DNA of 64,000 nucleotides, taken from the IMG/VR virus record IMGVR_UViG_3300021225_000468, positions 1-64,000 of that record; one strand, given 5' to 3'. The position numbers were made by a program, and so were the translations under genes. This DNA is from a virus. Below are positions 50,699-60,011 of this stretch, in pieces (within the stretch, counting starts at the first letter, position 1; each line of letters starts with the position of its first letter). Under the pieces are notes generated by a model. The model worked only from the letters and a program-made list of their open reading frames with translations, searched no databases and was not told the DNA's origin.

Positions 50699-53599
50699 TT
50701 ACTCCATTGCATATAGAGCAAATTCTGATGAATCAAATTCGTTACCTTCATCATCTACTATGATGTCACTAACACTTTTTTCTTCATAATTAACTACTTT
50801 CCTATTGTGTTCAATCCAATATTGGTCAACATGTTTTAAACTGTCTTCTACGTACATAAAATATGGGTCCATTTTCATCCTATTCCAAAATATCACTTCC
50901 ATTTCAGATAAAGTCATTACTTCATCTAAATTATCCTGATGACCATCTTTTAATGGATATCCATTAACTAATTCGCACTGTTTTTTAGTAAAGTATTGTC
51001 TATCCTTAGGGTCTTCAATTAATATGTCTTCACGAATTTCAGGATTAAAAACAACAAGTAGAGGTTCAATCCTTTTATTAAAAATACTAATATACCTTCC
51101 GACATTATAGTCTCCCGTCATTTCAGGATTATTTAAAATTTCCTTTTCAGGAATCATATAACAATTTATTTCGACATAATCAGGTGGTATTGGTTTTCCA
51201 TTATTTATATAATATTCTTCTTGTTGTTTTTTTGTCGCTTTTGTAATTTTTTGTACATCTCCCGATGTTTTCTTTTTTCCATTATTTACATAATAAATTG
51301 TTTCACCAAGATTTGCAGGATATTGACTTTGCATAACAAGTTCCATGTGTGCCTGTCTTGACATTAAAGAACCCGATTTCGTTCTTTTTGTTATGTGTTT
51401 TTTGTAGTCTTCCACAGATTGTTTCATCCTACTTTTATTTGCAATTTTTGCTAACGGTATCTTTTTATTATAAATTTTATCTATGGTTTCATAATATAGT
51501 TCGATAAAGGATAGACCGTCACCATTCATTAAATGATGTAAAGCATCATCTAAGAAATCTGATATATAATGTTGTAACTTCTTAGATTTGATAGTGTTAC
51601 CTGTTAATTTAATTTTTTCTTTACCTTTTTTTACTAATTTGATAATGTAATTTTTTCTTGAAATATTAATTGTTGATGGTGCAACATAATCTATATCTAA
51701 CCCCATTTCATTTCTCATGAAAATATCGTTAAATTCAGCAATGTCTGCGGAGATACCATCATATTTTTTATTGTGTTCTACTAATTCATTTTTTCCTTGA
51801 CCGATATATATGTGTGTATCAACATCTATAGGTGTTTCGAAGTTAACACCATCAGTATCCATAACTAATGGTTTATACCCCTTTTTCATGAAAAACATAA
51901 TCATCATACGAAGACACTGACGACCAATACATGTTGTCATTTCACCCATGTTCATATCACCCCAAGGAAAGACCTGAGGTGCAGATAACGAACCAAAAAA
52001 CGCATTAATGAATATTTTAATGGGTAATTGTTTCCTATCGTACATTTCAGAACTGACCGCATCAATTTCCTTTAGTTCGCCTGATAGTCTTTTATAATTA
52101 ATCCTAATTTTTCTAAAATACCCTAACATTGATTTTAAAACACCTGTAACATCACAATCAGGAAATACATCATACACTAACTCAATCGATGGATATAGAG
52201 ATGCAAAGTCAAATTTTACAACATTTTTAGAATATCCAACATTTAATAATCTTGATAAACCACCTGTAATTTTACGTTTTTCATCTTTTTTAGGTATTGC
52301 AAGATTATTTTCATATGACCAAGCCAACATGATGAGTTTCCATAATGTTGCGGTCCCCATAGTTGCAACTCGTTCATATGTTGTTGGAACTAATTTAGAA
52401 AGTAAAAATGTCGATTGACTAAAAGAATCGTCAACCACCATAGTTTCATACAAGTCATCATCAAGATATTGCTCAACTATTCGTTCCCCTTTCCATATTT
52501 CATATACATTTGGGAATCGAGACAACAAGTTTTCTGTACCTTTTTCTCCTACTTTTTTATACTTACCTGTCTTGGGGTTTACATAATAACTGTCATTTTC
52601 TAAATATATTTTGGAGATTTGTGAACCTTCGACATATACACGATTTGGTTTTTCTTTTTCCAAATATTTCGTGATATACTTCAAACTCCACGACTTAATA
52701 TCTGAATTGATTGCTTGTGCTCTTCTAACTGCATGAGATATATCAATAATATTAAAACCAAATAGAACATGTTGTGTGTATGGTTCCATTTCGTTCGCCA
52801 ATTTCAAAACACCTTCTTTTTCTTTTAGTCCCTTATCACCATATACACAAGATAATTTATTAATGTCTAACCCATTTATTTTCGCTCTTTCTAAAATAAA
52901 AGGAAAATCAAAAGAAGCAGAATTATATCCCCCAATAATCGTTGGTTTTAATTCTCTTATAATCTCAAAAAATTCAATAATTGCAATTTTTTCACCTTCG
53001 TCACCAAACGCAGATAATGTTTTATGAAACCCTCTATTATCTTTTAATCCTATTAATATTATTTTATCTACTGATGGATTTAATCCCGTAGTTTCTATGT
53101 CAAATACTAATCTATGAATATTACTATAATCATCAATACCTTTGAAAAGTCTTTTTTTCTTCTGTACTAAGAATTGTTCAACAGGAGTAAGTATTGTGAA
53201 ATACGATTTGTACTTTTCATTCCAAGGGTCTATACCTCCTTTTTTGAAAAAATTAATGAGAGAAGTATAACTCTTTAGTGATTTTATTAAAAACTTATGT
53301 CCATTATTTAATCTATCGTTATCTTTTGTGTCTAACTTATCAATAACAATCCCATAGTCTTTCATCATTTTTTTCTGTTCAGACTTAGAATTGTTATAAA
53401 AATTGAGACCATTTAAATCACCACACCACAAAAATGCTGTAAAACTATCTGTTTTAATAGTTTTTCCCTTAATTGGGTCTTGTATTATTTTATATATTAA
53501 ATTATTAGCATAATCATATTCTACACCTACAATAAATTCCTCATTATCAGAACCATTCAAGAATGATTCTATGATTTCTTGTGAAATAACTTCTCCCAT
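50699..53599 (-). CDS. Family B DNA polymerase with 3'-5' exonuclease
   Basis: FDIETTG (ExoI), GYNSASFDFPFI (ExoII), DFASLYPS, KIFINAFFG, MDTDG. Confidence 0.97.
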   Translation of the reverse strand: MGEVISQEIIESFLNGSDNEEFIVGVEYDYANNLIYKIIQDPIKGKTIKTDSFTAFLWCGDLNGLNFYNNSKSEQKKMMKDYGIVIDKLDTKDNDRLNNGHKFLIKSLKSYTSLINFFKKGGIDPWNEKYKSYFTILTPVEQFLVQKKKRLFKGIDDYSNIHRLVFDIETTGLNPSVDKIILIGLKDNRGFHKTLSAFGDEGEKIAIIEFFEIIRELKPTIIGGYNSASFDFPFILERAKINGLDINKLSCVYGDKGLKEKEGVLKLANEMEPYTQHVLFGFNIIDISHAVRRAQAINSDIKSWSLKYITKYLEKEKPNRVYVEGSQISKIYLENDSYYVNPKTGKYKKVGEKGTENLLSRFPNVYEIWKGERIVEQYLDDDLYETMVVDDSFSQSTFLLSKLVPTTYERVATMGTATLWKLIMLAWSYENNLAIPKKDEKRKITGGLSRLLNVGYSKNVVKFDFASLYPSIELVYDVFPDCDVTGVLKSMLGYFRKIRINYKRLSGELKEIDAVSSEMYDRKQLPIKIFINAFFGSLSAPQVFPWGDMNMGEMTTCIGRQCLRMMIMFFMKKGYKPLVMDTDGVNFETPIDVDTHIYIGQGKNELVEHNKKYDGISADIAEFNDIFMRNEMGLDIDYVAPSTINISRKNYIIKLVKKGKEKIKLTGNTIKSKKLQHYISDFLDDALHHLMNGDGLSFIELYYETIDKIYNKKIPLAKIANKSRMKQSVEDYKKHITKRTKSGSLMSRQAHMELVMQSQYPANLGETIYYVNNGKKKTSGDVQKITKATKKQQEEYYINNGKPIPPDYVEINCYMIPEKEILNNPEMTGDYNVGRYISIFNKRIEPLLVVFNPEIREDILIEDPKDRQYFTKKQCELVNGYPLKDGHQDNLDEVMTLSEMEVIFWNRMKMDPYFMYVEDSLKHVDQYWIEHNRKVVNYEEKSVSDIIVDDEGNEFDSSEFALYAME

Positions 53600-53724
53600 A
53601 TATAATTTTTTGATTGACGTATTTGCTTGTGAAATGAATTCACAGTTTGTCTTGAATATTATAATATACCAAAAAAAATCATGATTAAAAAATCATCGAT
53701 TAAGAAATCTACATAAGTTTTGTA

Positions 53725-54849
53725 TTAAAAACCTTGTGATTCTTTTATTCTAATTACGAAATTATCTACTACTGTTTTACACTCGTTGAATGTAACTTGT
53801 GCACCCGAACTTTTACTTAACAAGGTCTTAATTGCTAAAATATTTTTTGTACCTGTTCCTGTTGTATATAATGCAGAACCATTAGAACCCTGATTTACAG
53901 GTGCACCATTGTATATTACTGTTCCAAAAACAGAATTCCAATTACTATGTCCTAATAAAATAAATAAATCACAATGTGAAGGGTCACCTGCTGCATATGT
54001 TTGTCTATAATATGAGTGTACAGTAAAACCACTGACAGTATTCCCTGTGTATATTACATTTGCAGCTAAAGTACCACCACCATCTGCACCCGAATTTCCT
54101 CCTGATTGGAAACCTATTGGTAATCCATCACCATATACTGAATTATTTCTTGTACCTAATACTGTAAGAGGAAGATAAGTCAAACTTTGAGTACCTGTGA
54201 ATTGTTGATATCCTAAACTTATATAATTAAAACTTGTGTCTATGGTTGTTGTAGTTCCACTATTTTGGTAGTTTATTGCATTTGGATATGTACCTAAAAT
54301 ATATTGTGTATTTCCAGTATACGATACATTCGAAATTAACCAAGGAGAAGTTATATTACCACTATCGTACATGTCAAAACCCCCATCAAGTATATGAAAT
54401 CCATTACCATCTAATTGATAAGCATAAAAACTCGGATTTCTAAAATCAGACATGTAATTTCGTAAATATTGTGCAATTGTAACTAATTCATCATTTGGAT
54501 TTTTTGAAATACCTAAATCTGATGGTGTTAAATCAGAGGTCTGAACCCATATATCAGTCCTACCTGTTGACCAATTTATAACTTCTGTTATTGTTTCTCC
54601 TGTTGCACCAAATGACTTTAAAAAAAACACACATTGATTATCATTATGTGCTACATGAATAGAAGGACCACCTGAATTTCTATGTACATATATCGTATAA
54701 CCACTTGGGGGTGGTGTAATTCCATTATAAAAACCATGAACACTTGTAGGACCATAATCATCTGAAGAATCAACACCTATCAAGAAATTGGTATTTCTTG
54801 TTGCTGTCAATTTGGTGGTTGACCCTGATGTTTTAATTTTATTAGGCAT
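53725..54849 (-). CDS. Hypothetical virion (fibre/decoration) protein
   Basis: Gly/Ser/Thr-rich 374-aa ORF with DYGPT...FYNGITPPPSGYTIY N-terminal domain and eight [ST]GxT motifs. Confidence 0.6.
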   Translation of the reverse strand: MPNKIKTSGSTTKLTATRNTNFLIGVDSSDDYGPTSVHGFYNGITPPPSGYTIYVHRNSGGPSIHVAHNDNQCVFFLKSFGATGETITEVINWSTGRTDIWVQTSDLTPSDLGISKNPNDELVTIAQYLRNYMSDFRNPSFYAYQLDGNGFHILDGGFDMYDSGNITSPWLISNVSYTGNTQYILGTYPNAINYQNSGTTTTIDTSFNYISLGYQQFTGTQSLTYLPLTVLGTRNNSVYGDGLPIGFQSGGNSGADGGGTLAANVIYTGNTVSGFTVHSYYRQTYAAGDPSHCDLFILLGHSNWNSVFGTVIYNGAPVNQGSNGSALYTTGTGTKNILAIKTLLSKSSGAQVTFNECKTVVDNFVIRIKESQGF

Positions 54850-55217
54850 TATACAATATTAATATATAACTTTTCTCTTATTGGTAATATTAATTTTGTT
54901 GTTGGATTTTGATTGGTGTCTAAAAATTGTACTGTTATTACTCCCTCAAATCTCCCTTTTACTTCAGTTTGTGTTTCAGTAAACCTATGTGTTATATAAT
55001 ATTCATCTGTGGTGTTTTGAAACTTTTTCGTTCTTGTTGTAATATTACATGATGAGTTTAAAATCACAGGGGCACCATCTTCAATATCGTACATATCAAG
55101 TGTTATGTCAGAATTTTCCAATAAATCATTGAATGATGTTTTATCATTTTTTCCATCATCTATTAATTTCAATTTTAATATTGGGTCTGTAGCGTCTTTT
55201 CTTATAAAAAATTCCAT
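54849..55217 (-). CDS. Small beta-rich virion protein (BppU N-terminal-like)
   Basis: FFIRKDATDPILK...T..KGRFEGVITVQF...LILP pattern and upstream TATTTAT. Confidence 0.55.
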   Translation of the reverse strand: MEFFIRKDATDPILKLKLIDDGKNDKTSFNDLLENSDITLDMYDIEDGAPVILNSSCNITTRTKKFQNTTDEYYITHRFTETQTEVKGRFEGVITVQFLDTNQNPTTKLILPIREKLYINIV

Positions 55218-55267
55218 ATTTATAAATATTCTTGATGTCCATTATATTTTATATATGATATTTATTA

Positions 55268-55480
55268 ATGACAAAAATAATAAAGTATATGGGTAACAAC
55301 AAAGTATTTAGTTTTATTGGTTCGCTATTGGTTATGGCGATTGCAATTGGTATTTTCTTCATGTTAATGGAAAAAGAAATGCCACAGTCTAACAGAGAGT
55401 TATTAATTGCGTTTGTATCAGTTTTATTTGGTGCAATGGCAACATCAATTAAAAAAATCACAGGAGACGATGAGAAATAA
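55268..55480 (+). CDS. Small two-TM membrane protein, holin-like
   Basis: Two hydrophobic helices (VFSFIGSLLVMAIAIGIFFMLM; LLIAFVSVLFGAMA) and a charged C-terminus. Confidence 0.6.
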   Translation: MTKIIKYMGNNKVFSFIGSLLVMAIAIGIFFMLMEKEMPQSNRELLIAFVSVLFGAMATSIKKITGDDEK

Positions 55481-55769
55481 TGAAATTGTTATAATGATTA
55501 TAGGTTCAATATTACTTCTTGGATTTGTAATTTACATGTTGATATTTTCATTTCATATGTCTAAAACAAATCTAATAAGAGAAGATATCAAAAATGATAG
55601 TATTATCTTTAAAGAAAATCTTCAGTTAAAAATGAATGATAGTGTCATGATAGAAAATAAGAAAAAATTAAATAATCTTATTGACAACCATGAAAACAGA
55701 TTACAAAGATTAGAAAATAGAAAACCTATAATTAATCGTGATACTGTATTTCTTTTAAAAGAAAATTAA
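55470..55769 (+). CDS. Membrane-anchored coiled-coil protein (spanin-like?)
   Basis: ATG at 55470 overlaps the holin-like gene end. One N-terminal TM is followed by a coiled coil. Confidence 0.5.
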   Translation: MRNNEIVIMIIGSILLLGFVIYMLIFSFHMSKTNLIREDIKNDSIIFKENLQLKMNDSVMIENKKKLNNLIDNHENRLQRLENRKPIINRDTVFLLKEN

Positions 55770-55773
55770 TAAT

Positions 55774-55803
55774 AAAAAAGGGGAATTTAAATTCCCCTTT
55801 TTT
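55774..55803. terminator. Bidirectional intrinsic terminator
   Basis: AAAAAAGGGGAATTT-AAATTCCCCTTTTTT between convergent genes. Confidence 0.88.
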
Positions 55804-57197
55804 TATGCTATTCTTATTTGAATAACATTACCGTTTCTATATAAACCACCTAAAGGCACTCCTCCCGCTTGTGCAGCGGTATCATCTGCAAAATTTAAAG
55901 ATTGTGATACTTGTTGTAAAATTGTATATCCATAATCTTGTCTAATTGAACCACTTACGTCTAAATTATATAATGGTATTGGTTTATTTATACCTATTTT
56001 ACCATTTGCCGAACCTGAAAATGGGGTAAAGGTTGAAACATTAGAATATGACCCTGTACCGAATATTATACCACCAATATTAATACTATCTTGTCTTCCA
56101 TTATCAAGTGTGATGTTAGTACCAATTATAATATTATTAGATGATATACCACTGTTTATCCCTGTTTTAGCCCCTGCCAAATAACCTATTAGTGTAGAAT
56201 ACGGTGAATTATTTGTAAACTCACCAGCATAATACCCAATAAAATTAGAATACGCAGAATTTGTTGCGTAATATCCTGCATTATTTCCCATAAAAACTGA
56301 ACCAGATGCATTAGTTGCTCTGTACCCTGTGTTTCTTCCAATAAAAACTGAACTATTAGCATTAGGGGATTCTGCCCCTGAAATATAACCTAAGAAAATA
56401 GAATTATTCGCATTTGTAGATTGATATCCCGAAGAGTTACCTATGAAAATAGAGTGACTTGCATTTGTAGATTGAAATCCAGCCTGATTTGTCAATATGA
56501 CAGAATTAATTGCATTAGAAGCTTGATATCCCGCTAATCTACCAAAAAATATTGAATCGAGATTATTAACCTCAGAAGTGTTATATGTTAATAAACTACT
56601 ACCTGTAACTTTAAAAGGATACGATGAACTTACTGCATTTATAGACCATGATGATGTTCCTTCTAAAGAACCCGTAATACCATTAGTAACCTTTAATGAA
56701 CCTGTTATTTGTATATCATTTGTTGTTGACCAAAATGACCCTGTTTGTGAAAGTATACTATTACCTGAAGTTCCACTACTACCATTAGAACCACTTGTTC
56801 CACTTGAACCTGAAGTTCCACTTGTGCCTGAGGTTGCAGCTGTGTACGATGTTCCATTAATAGATAAAGACCCTGTTATATTTACAGAACCTGTAAATTT
56901 ATGTGTATCATCTAATGAATTACCAAAAAGTGTAGAACCACTAATACCTTCAGTTGTAATGTTAATATATGACGAACTAATAATATATTCTTGCGCTGTT
57001 AATGAACCACTAATAGTTAAATTTCCATTTATGACTTGACTACCAGTAAATACGTGGGAACCACTATTAACTAATGTTTGTCTAAGCGTTGATAATGGTA
57101 ATTGGTATGTTACACCATTTTGAACAAATGCAGTTACACCTGATAAACTTGGTGTTGATGACCCTGTTGGTAATTGAGATATTTTTTTACTTATCAT
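55803..57197 (-). CDS. Tail fibre / adhesin-like protein with (SGT)n linker and ~17-aa beta-solenoid repeats
   Basis: KKISQLP N-terminus, TSGTSGTSGSSG tract, repeated NSIFxGxxAGYxxTNA units, and a KIGINKPIP...LDVSG fibre motif. Confidence 0.7.
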   Translation of the reverse strand: MISKKISQLPTGSSTPSLSGVTAFVQNGVTYQLPLSTLRQTLVNSGSHVFTGSQVINGNLTISGSLTAQEYIISSSYINITTEGISGSTLFGNSLDDTHKFTGSVNITGSLSINGTSYTAATSGTSGTSGSSGTSGSNGSSGTSGNSILSQTGSFWSTTNDIQITGSLKVTNGITGSLEGTSSWSINAVSSSYPFKVTGSSLLTYNTSEVNNLDSIFFGRLAGYQASNAINSVILTNQAGFQSTNASHSIFIGNSSGYQSTNANNSIFLGYISGAESPNANSSVFIGRNTGYRATNASGSVFMGNNAGYYATNSAYSNFIGYYAGEFTNNSPYSTLIGYLAGAKTGINSGISSNNIIIGTNITLDNGRQDSINIGGIIFGTGSYSNVSTFTPFSGSANGKIGINKPIPLYNLDVSGSIRQDYGYTILQQVSQSLNFADDTAAQAGGVPLGGLYRNGNVIQIRIA

Positions 57198-57208
57198 GTA
57201 TATAAATA

Positions 57209-58306
57209 TTAATATAATATAAGAACATTATCTTCTGTTGTGAGTAATTCATCATTTTCAGTTATGAGTGAAAAAGGAAAAACTCCAACAATTTCTTCTG
57301 TACAAACATCATTACATTCACTAATAGTAAAGTTTGGTTTTATTGATGTGATATAATTATGTTTTATTCTTGGATAACTTAATGGTTCTTCAAAATATTT
57401 GACTTGTTTTAAATTAAAAGATGTGTTACCACTATGTAATCCACCTGAATTATTTGTACCACCTCCAAATATCTGAGCAATAATGTTTGTCGATAATCTT
57501 TCTGAAGGTATAATTTCTTCCCAATCTTTTATTTTGTATATTAATCTACCATTTAAGTAAATTTTCAAAGTACCTAATCTATTGTATCTATTAGATAACC
57601 AATTTTTATTTATTACTTCATACATTTCTATATCTTCAGTCGCACCTGATATGACATCAATTGGATTATTTACAGTATAACCTGTTATATAATCATTTGA
57701 ACCACCCTCATTTAATATATCACAATTAGTGAATTCGTTATTTCTTCTAAAGACAATTGAAATATTGAAGTCATTTGATGTACCACCTGTACATAAAACA
57801 GATGTCTGTCCACTTGAAATATAGGGTGTCAGAGTATAACCTGAAACAGTTTCACAATAACCTGACATATGATATTTTTCCCATTTAATTCTACCATCAT
57901 TGGTAAATGAAAATGATAAATTATTGTCTAAATAGTTATTTTGTTCAGTTTCATTCAATATACCCCAATAATAAAATGTAGAACCTGATGACCATGGTAA
58001 AGAATCCCTATTAAAAACAAAATCTAATGTCCATCCTAATTCTGTTCTACGTCTAACAGTAAAATCACAAGTTTCACCTGTATATGGTTTATTAATTTCA
58101 ATTTCCCACGGTTTGATTGAATCTAAATCATCAACACATGTTGAGTCAATAACTAAACTTGTATATGTAATTTCGTTAGTAAAATCTATCGCATCAATAT
58201 CGAAATCATATTCCGAACTCGCGAGTTCGTAATCATAAAATTCAGAAGAATCTAATTTTATTTTAATTCTTTGTCCCCAGTATTTTAAAATATTTTGACT
58301 ATTCAT
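57209..58306 (-). CDS. Virion protein with probable ConA/LamG-like fold
   Basis: GWTLDFVF, NISIVFRR, GTLKIYLNGRL, LKQVKYFEEPLS; ends with LITENDELLTTEDN. Confidence 0.55.
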   Translation of the reverse strand: MNSQNILKYWGQRIKIKLDSSEFYDYELASSEYDFDIDAIDFTNEITYTSLVIDSTCVDDLDSIKPWEIEINKPYTGETCDFTVRRRTELGWTLDFVFNRDSLPWSSGSTFYYWGILNETEQNNYLDNNLSFSFTNDGRIKWEKYHMSGYCETVSGYTLTPYISSGQTSVLCTGGTSNDFNISIVFRRNNEFTNCDILNEGGSNDYITGYTVNNPIDVISGATEDIEMYEVINKNWLSNRYNRLGTLKIYLNGRLIYKIKDWEEIIPSERLSTNIIAQIFGGGTNNSGGLHSGNTSFNLKQVKYFEEPLSYPRIKHNYITSIKPNFTISECNDVCTEEIVGVFPFSLITENDELLTTEDNVLILY

Positions 58307-58312
58307 GTATTA

Positions 58313-58343
58313 ATAAATATCTTTCATAAGATTTGATATTTAT
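58313..58343. promoter_or_regulatory. Back-to-back divergent TATTTAT late-promoter-like motifs
   Basis: ATAAATA at 58313-58319 serves the minus gene and TATTTAT at 58337-58343 serves the plus gene. The same layout occurs at 55222-55265. Confidence 0.65.
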
Positions 58344-58359
58344 ATAATAAACTGAATTG

Positions 58360-59142
58360 ATGAATAATTTTATAAAACAAGTTATAGAAGAAAAATTTGC
58401 ATCAAAAGCACAACAAAGATACTTTTACGCTCAGGCTGGTAAAGGAGGTAAAAAAGGTAAAAAATGGGCGAAATGGGCAAAAGAATTTTCAGATAAAACT
58501 GATTTCGAAAATATACCTGATAAAGTCGAAGAAAAAGAATTAGAAGAAATTGTAGATGAAAATGGTAATATAAAAACAGATAAAAAACCCACGAATTTTA
58601 ATGCTAAAGGAATCACACAAAAGAAAACGTCCGATGAAGTAGTAAAATCTGCAGGTGGTTCTATGGGTACTCACGGTGTTCATGGTACTCACACAACTTT
58701 AAAATATTGGGCGGAAGGTAAAGATAGTCTCAAAAATTTGATTGAAAACTTTATTGATGAAATCGAAATGGACGGTGCTTTAGGTTATGATGAAACATTA
58801 GGAGATGATGCATCATATGAGGAGGCAGAAAGATATTTTAAATCTGAATTAGGTTTGTCAGATGAAGAAACAAAACTTAGATTACAAAATTTAGGTTATG
58901 ACGAAAAATTAAAAGGAGATAAAGTCAGATTAGTAGAAAAAAATAAAAAGTATTTTGAAGAATTCATAGAAAGTATTATTTCAAAAAGAAATGTTGATAA
59001 TGATATAGTAAAAAATAAATCAATACAAATTGATGAATTAAATCCTATCATAAAAAGACAAATAAATTCTTTGAAAGATACTCTTGAAAGTAATAATTTG
59101 AAAATTGAAGATGTTTTAGAATTTTTAAAAAATCATGAATAA
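58360..59142 (+). CDS. Hypothetical late protein
   Basis: 260-aa ORF. N-terminal FIKQVIEEKFASKAQQRYFYA...KW, with upstream TATTTAT. Confidence 0.7.
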   Translation: MNNFIKQVIEEKFASKAQQRYFYAQAGKGGKKGKKWAKWAKEFSDKTDFENIPDKVEEKELEEIVDENGNIKTDKKPTNFNAKGITQKKTSDEVVKSAGGSMGTHGVHGTHTTLKYWAEGKDSLKNLIENFIDEIEMDGALGYDETLGDDASYEEAERYFKSELGLSDEETKLRLQNLGYDEKLKGDKVRLVEKNKKYFEEFIESIISKRNVDNDIVKNKSIQIDELNPIIKRQINSLKDTLESNNLKIEDVLEFLKNHE

Positions 59143-59632
59143 AGAATTAAAACATAGGATTTTTAATATTCCACAAAATATCTTGGATATGATAAATCAT
59201 ACTGTGGTTACTTTGGAAGGAGACCATGTTGATGGGGTAAAAAGAGCCAAAACATTATTACAAGATAAGAAAGTAAAATATGGACAATTAAAAAGAATTA
59301 TTCATGATTTACAAAATACAGATAAATTTAAAGACAGGTTAAGATATAACTTATATGGCGGAGACAATATGTTAAATTGGGGAAAACAATTTTTGAAGGG
59401 AGAAAGGGATTTTATAAAAAATAAAAAAGAATCATCAAAAATATCAAATAATATTGGTGGTATTGATGGACAAAGAAAGAATCCATATTTAAAAAAACAT
59501 AAGAAAAACCCTAATTTTAGTGTTCCAACAAATTTAATAAAATCAAACTCACATAAAAATAGTGTTAGTTTTATCACTGATTTAAAATTATTTGAACAAA
59601 TAAAAAAAATAAACAAACTAATAAAATACTAA
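59135..59632 (+). CDS. Hypothetical basic protein
   Basis: 165-aa ORF overlapping the previous gene; C-terminus LFEQIKKINKLIKY. Confidence 0.7.
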   Translation: MNKELKHRIFNIPQNILDMINHTVVTLEGDHVDGVKRAKTLLQDKKVKYGQLKRIIHDLQNTDKFKDRLRYNLYGGDNMLNWGKQFLKGERDFIKNKKESSKISNNIGGIDGQRKNPYLKKHKKNPNFSVPTNLIKSNSHKNSVSFITDLKLFEQIKKINKLIKY

Positions 59633-59633
59633 C

Positions 59634-60011
59634 ATGGCAACAGAATTAGAAAAACTTGCGGAAAAGTTTAGAAATGAACATTTATCAAGAAATCCTTATA
59701 CTCTGAATAATATTTATGATTCTAATAATAGAAACGCATTATCTGATGGTGATGAAAAAGGTAAAGGAGATAATAATGGTAGTATTGGGTCAAGTGTTGA
59801 CATTCAAAAAAGGAATGAATTAATGGCAAGGAACCCATATACAATGGTTAATGAATATTCATCCAATCATCCAAATGCAATATCTAATGGTGATGAAAAA
59901 GGTAAAGGAGAAAGTAATGGTAGTGTTGGTAGTACAACTGATATAAGTGTCAGAAACGAATCGAAAGCGAGAAATAAATATGGTGAAACTAATAGATATC
60001 CAAATTTCTAA
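59634..60011 (+). CDS. Hypothetical protein with 47-aa tandem repeat
   Basis: RNE...RNPY...NA.S.GDEKGKG..NGS.GS..DI repeated about 2.4 times. Confidence 0.75.
   Translation: MATELEKLAEKFRNEHLSRNPYTLNNIYDSNNRNALSDGDEKGKGDNNGSIGSSVDIQKRNELMARNPYTMVNEYSSNHPNAISNGDEKGKGESNGSVGSTTDISVRNESKARNKYGETNRYPNF

Noticed and set aside
47583-53599. Eukaryotic giant virus suggested by PolB plus SNF2
   Set aside because: Contractile tail genes, overlapping operons and intrinsic terminators indicate a bacteriophage.
17715-53599. Inteins, group I introns or homing endonucleases in RNR, helicase, RecA or PolB
   Set aside because: The ORFs are uninterrupted and of ordinary size, and I saw no splicing or LAGLIDADG/HNH motifs.
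59700-59950. Direct repeat as a DGR template/variable repeat pair
   Set aside because: It is an in-frame tandem duplication inside one ORF, differences are not adenine-specific, and there is no reverse transcriptase in the window.
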